Origin: an uncultured Verrucomicrobiae bacterium
Lineage (GTDB): Bacteria > Verrucomicrobiota > Verrucomicrobiia > Chthoniobacterales > Terrimicrobiaceae
Length of the DNA: 64,000 nucleotides
Direction: 5' to 3'
NCBI GenBank assembly: GCA_963706955.1
Contig: CAVPOC010000012.1
Span: 19,081-83,080 of the forward strand
The notes beneath the pieces are model-generated. The model had not been told where the DNA came from. It saw only the letters and a program-made list of their open reading frames with translations, and ran no database searches. Shown in pieces: positions 44,937 through 54,593 of this stretch. Positions within the stretch are counted from its first letter, which is position 1; every line of letters begins with the position of its first letter. Made by a program: the position numbers and the translations under genes.

Positions 44937-46462
44937 GTCGGATTTTCGGCAACAAGATAGTATTTGCCTGACCAAACAATTGGCCACTTCTCTTGACTAA
45001 TCCGTTCTAGGCTCGGCCACACATTCTCTTGATGAACCGTCCATCGGGAATCGATGTCTCCTAAGACAAGGTATCTGGCCTTCGAGATATCTGCGTCGTA
45101 GCGAAAGCGAGATGCTTCGAATACCCTCGGAAAGCCAAATGTAGTTCGCTTCTCCCAAGCCGTGCTCTGGAGCAGATCTGCCGTCCGACAATTCAACAGC
45201 CATCCGATATTTTGACTACAGATGACCAACTCATCGGAGCGAACGTGCTCGTTAATCCAGGCAGCAGCGCGCTCGACTTCGTGCACATCCTGGGTCACCC
45301 AAGGATCATTGCGCGAAAGCAAGTTGCCTCGCAGGGACGAAGGCAGAATGAGCAGAGTCATGCTGATTGGAACCGACATCGCGATGTATAGCAAAGCTCT
45401 CCTTGCAAAGGTCCCTCGAAGCAATGGTCTTAACCAAGTGGAAATAGTCCGCAACCCTCCTGCCCACGCCAACGCAAAAATTGGCAGTAAAACTATAGCC
45501 TGATAGTAAAAGACGGGAAGGTTTTGCCTATTCTGCAAGAGGAGAAGTGAGACCGTGCCAGCAAAGATTGCGATGGGATACAATCGCCGTGAGCAGCATA
45601 GGAAGATCGCAACCAGATTGAGAAGATGGAACAAATCGTGGGAATAGAAGATCGCGACATTTTTCGGTGCTTGCCAAGCCCCGGCGTTCTCTCTGCTAAA
45701 GTCACGATAGAACTCAACCAGGGTAACAATGTCTTGGAAGACCCAAAGGTGAGGCCAGTAGCGAACGAGCGAAATGCCAATCGTGAACGCAAGAACAATA
45801 GTCGCAGGAACAAGGAGCCGAGGCCACGCTTTAGGTCGCTTAATGCGGCAAGCCCAGGCCGCGGCAGCACCATGAATGAAGAGTGGGTGGCTTAGTGCGC
45901 CGACGGCAAGTCCGAAACCGGCTGTCCAGTCCACCCGTGGTCGACTTGATCGAAGCAAAGCCAGAATCGTAATTGTGAAACCTAGAGCGACACCATTGTG
46001 AGGATAAATCCATCGAAAGTGAATCACAGCCTGATCGTACGATAGAAACAAGAGAGCTCCAAAGAAGGAGGGGAGACAGCCAAGTATCGCTCGACCTCCG
46101 AAATAGATCAGCAGAGCGACCAGTAACGCAATTGAGCAGCTTAGTAGCCGCGCGCCCAAGATATCGCCACCAAAGATCCACGCCATCACTCCGGCAAGCC
46201 AGGCAAAGCCCGGCTGATAGGGGTAGCTGGGGTGCCAAAACGTTGCGTTCAGTGACCGATCGGCTGCTTGGCCTGAGGCCAGGCTCTTGCCAATCATCAA
46301 GGTCAGCGTCTCATCGCCGTACCACCGGGGACTCGTTCTCAAATGGGGCAGATACAAAAGTCCCCACAGGAACGAGATGATCATCGCAGGTGCGATGATC
46401 AATTGGCGCTTCAAAAGTCTATACGACATCGCGCTATGAGAAAGGGAACTTCTTTCACTCAT
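44903..46462 (-). CDS. GT-C (ArnT/PMT-like) membrane glycosyltransferase
   Basis: WYGDE motif after TM1, YQPGFAW, ARLLS, multiple TM helices, periplasmic tail with AAAWI. Confidence 0.7.
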   Translation of the reverse strand: MSERSSLSHSAMSYRLLKRQLIIAPAMIISFLWGLLYLPHLRTSPRWYGDETLTLMIGKSLASGQAADRSLNATFWHPSYPYQPGFAWLAGVMAWIFGGDILGARLLSCSIALLVALLIYFGGRAILGCLPSFFGALLFLSYDQAVIHFRWIYPHNGVALGFTITILALLRSSRPRVDWTAGFGLAVGALSHPLFIHGAAAAWACRIKRPKAWPRLLVPATIVLAFTIGISLVRYWPHLWVFQDIVTLVEFYRDFSRENAGAWQAPKNVAIFYSHDLFHLLNLVAIFLCCSRRLYPIAIFAGTVSLLLLQNRQNLPVFYYQAIVLLPIFALAWAGGLRTISTWLRPLLRGTFARRALLYIAMSVPISMTLLILPSSLRGNLLSRNDPWVTQDVHEVERAAAWINEHVRSDELVICSQNIGWLLNCRTADLLQSTAWEKRTTFGFPRVFEASRFRYDADISKARYLVLGDIDSRWTVHQENVWPSLERISQEKWPIVWSGKYYLVAENPTYPGREKLEED

Positions 46463-46590
46463 GAAACCGCGATCAATACAAGCCGAGAAGCTGAAGGTAT
46501 CGAGGTCTTCGCCGACACAGCAATGTCGACGTCGACGAGCCGCCCTGGAGAGCGGGTGACTAGCAAATGATCTCGCACGGCGACATTGTG

Positions 46591-47673
46591 TCAGCAGGAT
46601 GAGGTCCTGCGAACGGTTTCAGTAGTCAGGCGCCGAGTCCAAGCAGTGACAATTTCCTCAACGATATTCGAAAGGGGAATTTTCATCTCCCAATTCGGAT
46701 AATGGGCCCTGATCTTTCGCAGATCGCTGTAGTAGCAGACGTGATCGCCGATGCGGCTCTCTTCGAGAAGTAGGTAATTCTGAGGCTTTCCGGAGAATTT
46801 CTCAGCGAGTGCGAAAGCCTCGAGGATCGAGCACGAGTTCTGCTTGCCGCCGCCAAGATTGTAAACCTCGGCGATGCGCGGCTTTTCGAGGAATTCCTCT
46901 ATGAAGCGGACCACGTCACTCGCGTGAATGTTGTCGCGAACCTGTTTTCCCTTGTAGCCGTAAACCTTGTATTGACGGCCCTCGACATTGCAGCGGATCA
47001 AATAACCAAGAAAACCATGCAGTTCGACGGCGGCATGGTTCGGACCCGTCAGGCATCCGCAGCGCAAGCAGCAGGTTGGCATCCCGAAACGTCGACCATA
47101 CTCCTGCACCAAGATATCGGCCGCGAGTTTGGAGGCCCCGAAAACCGCGTGCGTAGACTGATCGATCGGAAAATCCTCAGGGATTCCATTGAGAAACCGT
47201 GGATCCGCGAAATCCCAGCGGAGCGTTGACTCCTCCAACTCGATCGTGTTCGGACGATCCCCATAGACTTTGTTGGTGGAAAGGAAAACAAATGGAGCTT
47301 CGGGCGAAAATCGTCTGGCGGCCTCAAGAACATTGATCGTGCCAGTGGCGTTGATGTCGAAGTCGTCCAGAGGAATGTCAGCTGAACGGTCATGGGATGG
47401 CTGAGCGGCGCAATGGATGATTGCATCTGGACGCAACTCCTCGATCAACGCATTGACACCGGCGCGGTCTCGAATGTCGAGCTCATGATGACCAAACCCA
47501 GCCACTTCCTGGACCAGCCGCTGTTGATTGAAGCGAGTGTCACCCTGGGGCCCAAAGATCACCGCTCGTTGATTATTGTCGATTCCGTGAATCTTGAACC
47601 CCTGCGTGCCGAAGTGCACACAAGCCTCAGAGCCAATGAGACCTGAAGAGCCCGTGACGAGGATCGTTTTCAA
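46591..47673 (-). CDS. NAD-dependent sugar epimerase/dehydratase (CDP-paratose 2-epimerase-like)
   Basis: LVTGSSGLIG, HCAAQPSHD, STNKVYGD, FGASK, GKQVRDNIH; TTG start. Confidence 0.88.
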   Translation of the reverse strand: MKTILVTGSSGLIGSEACVHFGTQGFKIHGIDNNQRAVIFGPQGDTRFNQQRLVQEVAGFGHHELDIRDRAGVNALIEELRPDAIIHCAAQPSHDRSADIPLDDFDINATGTINVLEAARRFSPEAPFVFLSTNKVYGDRPNTIELEESTLRWDFADPRFLNGIPEDFPIDQSTHAVFGASKLAADILVQEYGRRFGMPTCCLRCGCLTGPNHAAVELHGFLGYLIRCNVEGRQYKVYGYKGKQVRDNIHASDVVRFIEEFLEKPRIAEVYNLGGGKQNSCSILEAFALAEKFSGKPQNYLLLEESRIGDHVCYYSDLRKIRAHYPNWEMKIPLSNIVEEIVTAWTRRLTTETVRRTSSC

Positions 47674-47895
47674 GGATGGACTCTTTTTTCTGCGTGGAAG
47701 GTTGAATTTGCAAGATGAGATACCTTCGACAGGATGATGGTTCCGACCACTTCTCTTTCGCGATCGAAATCGATTTGATCAAGGCGGACAACGGGATCGC
47801 TTCCATCGCGGTGCTTTCCATGCACGCGCGTTCAGGCAAAATTAGACGTCTAGGGTCCTTACTTCGCTCGCGCTCCACTCGCGAGAGCTCGCCTC

Positions 47896-48456
47896 TCATG
47901 CGGAACTCACACGCGATCGGCCGCGTCGATCATTTCCGCCTCGATTCTCTCGCGCTCGGCGCGCGCTGACGCGATCGATGAACAGAATTCCGTGGAGATG
48001 ATCGTGCTCGTGCTGAATCGCACGCGCGAGGAGTCCACCCGCCTCGAACTCAAGCATCTTGCCGTCCAACGATTGGGCTCTCACGCGCACAGCGGCGGGC
48101 CTGGTCACGTCGCTTCGCACTCCTGGGAAGCTCAAGCAGCCCTCAACGCCGGTTTCAGGCTTCCCGAAAGGCTCTACTTCGGGGTTGATCAGCACCAACG
48201 GCATATGCTCGCCGATCTCCACAGCCCGGCCAGCAATGCGAAGCGTACTCGGTCGATCCTTGACGCCTTTGACGTCGACCACGCAAAGCTGAACGGGCAG
48301 ACCCACCTGCTGAGCGGCCAGGCCAACCCCTTCCGCCGCATACATCGTCTCGAGCATTTCGTTCGCCAGAGCACGAATCCGAGCGTCTACATTCTCGATT
48401 CGCCGTCCTTTGGCACGTAGCGCAGGATGGCCGTATGGGACGATGTCCAAGGTCAT
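47896..48456 (-). CDS. def: Peptide deformylase
   Basis: GVGLAAQQVG, EGCLSFPG, QHEHDHLHG; C-terminal tail possibly frameshifted. Confidence 0.95.
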   Translation of the reverse strand: MTLDIVPYGHPALRAKGRRIENVDARIRALANEMLETMYAAEGVGLAAQQVGLPVQLCVVDVKGVKDRPSTLRIAGRAVEIGEHMPLVLINPEVEPFGKPETGVEGCLSFPGVRSDVTRPAAVRVRAQSLDGKMLEFEAGGLLARAIQHEHDHLHGILFIDRVSARRARENRGGNDRRGRSRVSSA

Positions 48457-48505
48457 GCTTTACAATACCGTGCAGGTCATTGCGTAAGCAACCTCCCAAA
48501 CAGTG

Positions 48506-48925
48506 TCACTTGGGTTCCTCCGGCTGGGTAAAGGCTGGAATGTTCTTAACGCCCGCATCTTTGAGCGCATCGAGCACCTTTACCACGACACCAAACGGCG
48601 CCTCCCGGTCTGCCTGCATCGCGATTGGGCGAGTGGGGGCCTGGGCGCGCACGGTTTTGAGTGCTTCCGCTAGCAAATCGAGGGTCACAGGCTTTCCGTC
48701 GAGGGAGATTTCGTCGGCGCTCTTCACGCTGAGGACGACTGGTTCATCCTTCTCAGCCGGAGCCTGCTCCGCCGATTTGGATTCCGGTAGGTTGATTTGA
48801 AGCTGAGGCTGACTCTTTCGAAATGTGGTCGTAACGATGAAGAAGATCAGCAGAATCGCGAGGATATCGATGAGCGACACGATGATGATCGAGGGGGCTC
48901 GCCGCTTGCGAGTATAGAACCTCAT
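48506..48925 (-). CDS. exbD: Biopolymer transporter ExbD/TolR
   Basis: SLIDILAILLIFFIVTTTF, INLP, ADREA. Confidence 0.9.
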   Translation of the reverse strand: MRFYTRKRRAPSIIIVSLIDILAILLIFFIVTTTFRKSQPQLQINLPESKSAEQAPAEKDEPVVLSVKSADEISLDGKPVTLDLLAEALKTVRAQAPTRPIAMQADREAPFGVVVKVLDALKDAGVKNIPAFTQPEEPK

Positions 48926-49575
48926 CGGACCGACTCGACAACCGGCGTTTCACCGGATGGGTAACATTTCACGACGAGATCGGCCACGAGGGATTCCATT
49001 TCTACAGCCATCACCTCGATTCTGCGCTGGAAATAGTTGTAGGTTATCAGGCTCGGCACAGCCACGGCGAGGCCGACAATCGTCGTATTGAGAGCCTCGG
49101 CAATACCACGAGCAACTGCATTCGGATCGTTGCCGATGGCCGTGAAAATACTCACCAGGCCCGACAAGGTGCCGAGCAGGCCCAAAAGCGGCGCGATGCC
49201 AGTGGTGATCTCTAAAAATATCAACCCGCTCTCCAAGCGCGCGACCTCATGGCGGGCCTTGGTTTGAACCGCCTCTACTGCTTCAGCCCTCGACCAAGTT
49301 AGATGCCGAATCAATGTGCTCAGGACGCGTCCGAGGGAGGAGGGATAGCGCGCAATGAGGCGTTCGAGCTTATCGAGGTCGTCGCCGGGCTGAAGACTTT
49401 CAATTTCGGACGCAAGAGGCGGAGGAATGACCGACTTTTCGCGCAGCGCAGCGCCGCGTAGAACAATGACCGTGCCTGCGACGATCGAGACAACCAAGAG
49501 GATGCCCATAAAAAAGCCCCCATTGATGAAGAACGAGAGGGCATTCTGGATGACCGAGGCAAAGAATAGTTCCAT
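48922..49575 (-). CDS. exbB: MotA/TolQ/ExbB proton channel
   Basis: IAPLLGLLGTLSG, GIAEALNTTIVGLAVAVP. Confidence 0.9.
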   Translation of the reverse strand: MELFFASVIQNALSFFINGGFFMGILLVVSIVAGTVIVLRGAALREKSVIPPPLASEIESLQPGDDLDKLERLIARYPSSLGRVLSTLIRHLTWSRAEAVEAVQTKARHEVARLESGLIFLEITTGIAPLLGLLGTLSGLVSIFTAIGNDPNAVARGIAEALNTTIVGLAVAVPSLITYNYFQRRIEVMAVEMESLVADLVVKCYPSGETPVVESVR

Positions 49576-50576
49576 TAGTTTGACAGGATGGTGAAGGAAT
49601 ATTCGATTTCAATACGGCTGCCTTCGAGCATTGGGACAAGTTCCTTAGGAATTGGAGGAATGTCAGCTTCCATGATCGCCCGCACGGTGCAAGCTGCAAA
49701 ACTCTCGTTTGAACTGTTGCGGAGCACCTGCACCCGCTCGACCTTCCCGTTCTCACGAACCATGAAACGGACCTCTACGGTCCCCACATTTAAGAGACCC
49801 AGCTGCTCCGTAACATAATAGTACCAGCGCGATCCGATGGCATCGGAGAGCATTTTCTTATATCGGCCAAGTGGAGTTGCCGTAGCGCCGACGGCAGCCC
49901 GTCCCTTATTGGAAATGTTGCCGCGAATCCGAGTAATCCGGGTTTGCGGCTGATAGCCGGGAGGTTGGGGGGTCTGCGCTTGTTGCTGCTGCTCCTGCCG
50001 AACTGCCTTCGCCGCCTTGGGTCGGGGGGGAGTCTTTGGCTTCGGCGGTTCCAGCAAGGCGAGTTGAGTGCTCTGTTGCGGGGTCATCTTTGGCTTGGAC
50101 TCCTCCTTTGGTTCGGTTGCTGTCTCGGGCGCTGTCTCCTGGCGCGGCTGAACGGCAGGCGACGACTCCCGCGGCACAGGTCCAGCCGTGTATTCTCTGT
50201 TCTCCAAGCTGAGACCCGGTTGATCCCTGCCATCCTGTGTCGGCACGGGAGCATCGCCGGCAGCGGGCAATGGCGATGCGGCATGGGTATCCTTGTCCGA
50301 CTCGAAAACCGAATCCTCCGGAGGCTTCTCCGCACGTTGCGATTCGCTTGTTTGCACGTAAGAAGGCCTTTGCTTTGGCGCAGTGTCAGGAGCCGCGACG
50401 AGCGTCAACTCGACGGGCGATTCCTCCGGGGGCGGAACGAAGATCGGCCTGCGGGCCGCCAGCACCAAACCCACCGATCCAATAATAAAAAGGTGGAGCA
50501 AGATCGAGGCAGCGAGCGCCGCGAGGGCTTTCCGCCGGTCATCCTCGCGCCAGGCTGTTAGCGTTGCCGAGCTCAT
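49575..50576 (-). CDS. TonB/TolA-like energy transducer
   Basis: TM anchor with SILLH, Pro/Glu/Lys-rich linker, C-terminal GTVEVRF..G.V..V.VLRNS. Confidence 0.8.
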   Translation of the reverse strand: MSSATLTAWREDDRRKALAALAASILLHLFIIGSVGLVLAARRPIFVPPPEESPVELTLVAAPDTAPKQRPSYVQTSESQRAEKPPEDSVFESDKDTHAASPLPAAGDAPVPTQDGRDQPGLSLENREYTAGPVPRESSPAVQPRQETAPETATEPKEESKPKMTPQQSTQLALLEPPKPKTPPRPKAAKAVRQEQQQQAQTPQPPGYQPQTRITRIRGNISNKGRAAVGATATPLGRYKKMLSDAIGSRWYYYVTEQLGLLNVGTVEVRFMVRENGKVERVQVLRNSSNESFAACTVRAIMEADIPPIPKELVPMLEGSRIEIEYSFTILSN

Positions 50577-51412
50577 AGGGGCAAAGTCTTGCTCATCCGT
50601 GCATGGTGAAAGAGGTATTGCTGGATGTAACCGGCATACCGCCCGAACTGACGATTCGAAAATTCCTCCAATTCGATGAGTGAAGCGGAGCGCTTATGCA
50701 TCGCGTGAAGAACTCGTGCAATCCAAATATCCACCGGAACGACATCAAGGCGCTCGTAGGCAAATAACAAGACACAGTTTGCCACCTTCCGCCCCACGCC
50801 CGGCAAGGAACAAAGCCTGTTGCGGGCAACTGCAGTTGTTTCGGATGCCAAGGCAGTCAGATCGAATTCCGCGGATGCAATTGCCACCGCTGAGGCGAGA
50901 AGGTTCTTTGCACGGAAGCCGAGCTTGCACTGCCGGAGTTCGCCCTCCGTTGTCTCAGCTAGTCGCGCCGGCGTCGGGAAAGCATTCACCTGCGAGCCGA
51001 AAACTGGTTCGCCATAGCGTGCCCGCAACTCCAGAGAGATTTGGCGGATGTGGGGGACCTGCTTCATTGGCGAAGCGATAAAGGTAGCGAGACACTCCCA
51101 GGCTGGCTGTCTGAGGATCCGCAGACCGCGGCACGTCGAAAGCGCGGAGCGACTGAAGGGATCAGAGGGAAACTTGGCGTAGATCGACCTTAGAGGATGG
51201 TCGAGGGCGAAGTAATTCCGGGCAAGGTTTTCCTGCCCGGCGCAGACGGAGAGCGCTCGCCCGTGTTGCTCGGCGTAAAGCAGTGTCCGATCGACGAGGA
51301 CTTGCCAGCCATCGCCCTCCGGCATCGCGTGAAATACCTGCCCACTTTCCAGCGTTCGGCGCAAATCGAACTCCGCAACGCGCAGCTGCACAAGGTTCTC
51401 GCGACGACTCAT
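50573..51412 (-). CDS. 8-oxoguanine DNA glycosylase/AP lyase (HhH-GPD)
   Basis: TLESGQVF, GLRILRQPAWECL, LGFRAK, LPGVGRKVANC, PVDIW, AGYIQQYLF. Confidence 0.9.
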   Translation of the reverse strand: MSRRENLVQLRVAEFDLRRTLESGQVFHAMPEGDGWQVLVDRTLLYAEQHGRALSVCAGQENLARNYFALDHPLRSIYAKFPSDPFSRSALSTCRGLRILRQPAWECLATFIASPMKQVPHIRQISLELRARYGEPVFGSQVNAFPTPARLAETTEGELRQCKLGFRAKNLLASAVAIASAEFDLTALASETTAVARNRLCSLPGVGRKVANCVLLFAYERLDVVPVDIWIARVLHAMHKRSASLIELEEFSNRQFGRYAGYIQQYLFHHARMSKTLPL

Positions 51413-51523
51413 CTTCTGACAGACTTTCACGCAGGTAGATTAAGCTCGAGCAAACCGATACCCTGATTCGCACGCCTAGCAAAGGAGGCCAATTTCTGCG
51501 AGTCACCCAGACTTTCACTGCAA

Positions 51524-52885
51524 CTACGACGCGAACAGCGCCGGGTCGCCATAGAGGGTCGAAGCAGATGCCGACCCGATCTGAACCTCGAAGATTTGAC
51601 CCACATGACGTGGCGATCCCTCGAAGACGACTATCTTGTTCGTGCGGGTGCGGCCGGTCAGACGGTTCGGATTGTTTTTGCTGCGTCCTTCGCACAGGAT
51701 TTCCACCCGGCGTCCGATGTGGGCATTTAGTTTTTCCCTCGAGTGACGATTCACAACGGACAACAGATCCTGGTTTCGAAACTCTTTGGTCTCCTCGGCG
51801 ACCTGATCCTGCATTGAGGCAGCTGGTGTGTCGCGACGCTGCGAATAGCGAAAGACAAAGGCATTGTCAAAGCCGATGCCATCGGCAATCGCCCGCGTCG
51901 ATTGGTAATCCTCATCCGTTTCGCCTGGAAATCCTACGATAATGTCGGTCGTTATGGCGATTCCGGGACGTGCCTGCCGAAGCTCCTCGACAAGGCGCAA
52001 GTAAATCTCGGATGTGTATCCCCTCCGCATTTTCTTAAGGATTCGATTTGATCCGCTTTGCAAAGGCAAGTGAACATGCTCGACGAGCTTTTCAAGATGG
52101 GAAAACGCCCGCACAAGATCCTCGCGAAAGCCGATGGGATGTGGCGAGGTGAAACGCACGCGAGCGACACCTTCGACGGCGCAGACTGCCTCGAGCAATT
52201 GAACAAATGGGCTCAGTTCCGCGCGCTTGGCAAACTCGTGTCGACCATACAGATTCACTATCTGTCCCAACAGGGTAACTTCCTTAACCCCTTTGGAGGT
52301 CAAGTCCCGAACCTCGTTGACAATATCTTCGATCGAGCGACTCCGCTCTGTTCCTCGCGTTTGCGGGACGATGCAAAACGCACAACGCATGTTGCAGCCT
52401 TGCATGATCGAAACGAATGCGGTTGCTGGCGCGCCGTCGAGATGGTCGCGGATGGCCGATTGGGAACCGGGCTCTTCTCCCACATCTAGAATCGGCAGAC
52501 GCTCATCATCAATACGGTCCTCGCTTCTCCGCCGGACAAGCTCGTCGACGTAGTCGGCAACCCGGTGAAACTTCTGCGTGCCGACGACCAAATCGACCCG
52601 CGCGGGGGAACTAAGCAGCTCGGCACCGCGGCTCTGCGCCATGCACCCTAAATATCCCAAAACCAAATGCGGGCGCTTCTCGCGAAGGCGCTGGAGCATC
52701 CCCATCTTCCCAATCGCCTTTTGTTCCGCCATATCACGCACGCTGCACGTATTGAGAAGGATCACATCTGCCTGAGTTTCATCATCCACCAGGCGATAGC
52801 CGCGCACGACCAACGATCGGGCCACCTGCTCTGAATCGCGCTCGTTCATCTGGCAGCCATAGGTCTTAATGTAAACGCTGGGCAT
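51524..52885 (-). CDS. miaB: tRNA-2-methylthio-N6-dimethylallyladenosine synthase
   Basis: TYGCQMNERDSE, NTCSVR, GCMAQ, GCNMRCAFCIVP, TDIIVGFPGET, TRAM domain. Confidence 0.97.
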   Translation of the reverse strand: MPSVYIKTYGCQMNERDSEQVARSLVVRGYRLVDDETQADVILLNTCSVRDMAEQKAIGKMGMLQRLREKRPHLVLGYLGCMAQSRGAELLSSPARVDLVVGTQKFHRVADYVDELVRRRSEDRIDDERLPILDVGEEPGSQSAIRDHLDGAPATAFVSIMQGCNMRCAFCIVPQTRGTERSRSIEDIVNEVRDLTSKGVKEVTLLGQIVNLYGRHEFAKRAELSPFVQLLEAVCAVEGVARVRFTSPHPIGFREDLVRAFSHLEKLVEHVHLPLQSGSNRILKKMRRGYTSEIYLRLVEELRQARPGIAITTDIIVGFPGETDEDYQSTRAIADGIGFDNAFVFRYSQRRDTPAASMQDQVAEETKEFRNQDLLSVVNRHSREKLNAHIGRRVEILCEGRSKNNPNRLTGRTRTNKIVVFEGSPRHVGQIFEVQIGSASASTLYGDPALFAS

Positions 52886-53002
52886 GACTCGGAAGGCAAA
52901 GGTAATGCCCAATAAGAAAATTTCCAGTCCGGGACGAGTTCCTCGGTGAGGTCACAAAAAACCCTTGTTATTTGGCTCCGGTCGCGCGGATGCTTAGTTG
53001 CG

Positions 53003-54046
53003 ATGATCAAGTCCACTCCAGCCAGGGAAGGCTATTCGATGCCAGCAGAGTGGGAGCCTCACGAGGCAACGTGGATCTCATGGCCGCATCCGGACGGAGC
53101 GAGTTTCCCATCTGCTTATGAGCGCGTGGTGCCCTTCTTCGTGGAGATGGTCAGGGCGCTTGTGCCGTCGGAGATCGTGCGCATCAACATAAGGGATGCT
53201 GCTCAGGAGGCGGAGGTGCGCGCGCTACTCCACGACTGCCCTCTCAATCGTGTGGAGTTCTTCCAGATCCCGACAAACGAGCCGTGGTGCCGCGACCACG
53301 GTCCCATCTTCCTTAAACGCAAGGAGAATCCGCGGATTTTGGCCGTCAGCTTCGGATTTAATGCCTGGGGGTACAAGCTCGCTCCGTTTGAGGATGACGA
53401 AGCAGCCGCCACCCTCATGGCCGAAAAGATTGGAGTTCCGGTTTTTGATTTCGCCGACTTCGTCCTTGAAGGCGGGTCGATAGAGGTCAATGGCCAGGGG
53501 ACATTGCTGACCACCGAATCGTGTCTTCTGAATCCTAATCGCAATCCGGACCTGTCGCGGGAGCAAATCGAGGCGAATCTGCGCGACGCGCTTGGTGTTT
53601 CTCAAATTCTCTGGCTGGGCGATGGAATCGAAGGCGATGACACCGACGGACACGTCGATGATATTACGCGCTTTGTCAGCCCGAACACTGTGGTCACCGT
53701 AGTCGAAGAGGACGAGGAGGATTTGAACTACGAACCGCTCGAATTAAACCTGCAACGCCTTCGGACGATGCGACTCTCCAACGGCTCGCCGCTCAGAGTC
53801 CTCAAGCTGCCGATGCCCTCTCGCATCGTCCGGGAGGGCCAGCGGTTGCCCGCCAGTTACGCCAACTTTTACGTGGCCAATACGGTAGTTCTCCTGCCGG
53901 CCTATCACGACACAAATGATGCCTGGGCTGCTTCCGTGCTCAGGGAAGCCTTTCCTGACAGGCGCATCGTTCCGATCGATTGTCGGGAACTCATCTGGGG
54001 ACTGGGTGCGTTCCACTGCCTTACGCAGCAACAGCCGACCGCATAA
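53003..54046 (+). CDS. aguA: Agmatine deiminase family protein
   Basis: MPAEWEPH, WCRDHGP, EGGSIE, DTDGHVD, ASYANF, GAFHCLTQQQP. Confidence 0.92.
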   Translation: MIKSTPAREGYSMPAEWEPHEATWISWPHPDGASFPSAYERVVPFFVEMVRALVPSEIVRINIRDAAQEAEVRALLHDCPLNRVEFFQIPTNEPWCRDHGPIFLKRKENPRILAVSFGFNAWGYKLAPFEDDEAAATLMAEKIGVPVFDFADFVLEGGSIEVNGQGTLLTTESCLLNPNRNPDLSREQIEANLRDALGVSQILWLGDGIEGDDTDGHVDDITRFVSPNTVVTVVEEDEEDLNYEPLELNLQRLRTMRLSNGSPLRVLKLPMPSRIVREGQRLPASYANFYVANTVVLLPAYHDTNDAWAASVLREAFPDRRIVPIDCRELIWGLGAFHCLTQQQPTA

Positions 54047-54051
54047 ACTGC

Positions 54052-54079
54052 TTGCGACGCGCCCGCCCGGCTGTAAACT
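54052..54079 (+). promoter_or_regulatory. Putative sigma-70 promoter of rpsN
   Basis: TTGCGA-16 nt-TAAACT, ending 12 nt before ATG. Confidence 0.4.
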
Positions 54080-54091
54080 ACCAGGTTCTTT

Positions 54092-54361
54092 ATGGCAAAA
54101 AAATCGTGGTTCGAGCGCGACAAGCGCAAGCGCAAGACTGTGCAAAAGTATGCAGAGCTGCGCGCGGAGCTGAAGGCGAAAAAAGACTATTCGTCTCTTT
54201 CGCAAATGCCTCGCGACGCGAGTCCGACGAGGCTGACTAACCGTTGCCAGGTCACCGGCCGTCGGCGCGCATTCATGCGCCGGTTTAAGATTTCGCGCAT
54301 TACCTTTCGCGAGCTCGCTGCCGCCGGAATGATTCCGGGCGTGACGAAATCGAGCTGGTAG
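54092..54361 (+). CDS. rpsN: 30S ribosomal protein S14 (89-aa, zinc-free type)
   Basis: [39 protein letters not shown]. Confidence 0.97.
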   Translation: MAKKSWFERDKRKRKTVQKYAELRAELKAKKDYSSLSQMPRDASPTRLTNRCQVTGRRRAFMRRFKISRITFRELAAAGMIPGVTKSSW

Positions 54362-54417
54362 CTTCTGACCGCGGTTCGGAAAGCTGGGCCGGCCGATCTC
54401 GAATACGAAGTTTTTTT

Positions 54418-54584
54418 TGGCCCGGTCCCGCGTGCAACTCAAGGGACCGACCGCTAAGCGGCTCCGCTCTGCAAGAAGCCGGTGCGCAAGGTCCTCTCGC
54501 TCACTAACACTCCCAAAGTATTAACGGGCACTTGGACCACTTTAGTCAGGTCGACGAGTATCCACTTGCGAGAACCCAGGGCCA
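54418..54584 (-). ncRNA. Candidate structured RNA (long imperfect hairpin with branched apex), unassigned
   Basis: Nested inverted segments: TGGCCC/GGGCCA, GGTTCTCGC/GCGGGACC, GTGGATACTC/GAGTTGCAC, CGACC/GGTCG, CTAA/TTAG; mismatches become G-U pairs on the minus strand. Confidence 0.4.
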
Positions 54585-54593
54585 GTTTTTCCC

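Noticed and set aside
47627..47899. 90-aa ORF apparently coupled to def
   Set aside because: No recognisable features; the coupling depends on the doubtful def tail
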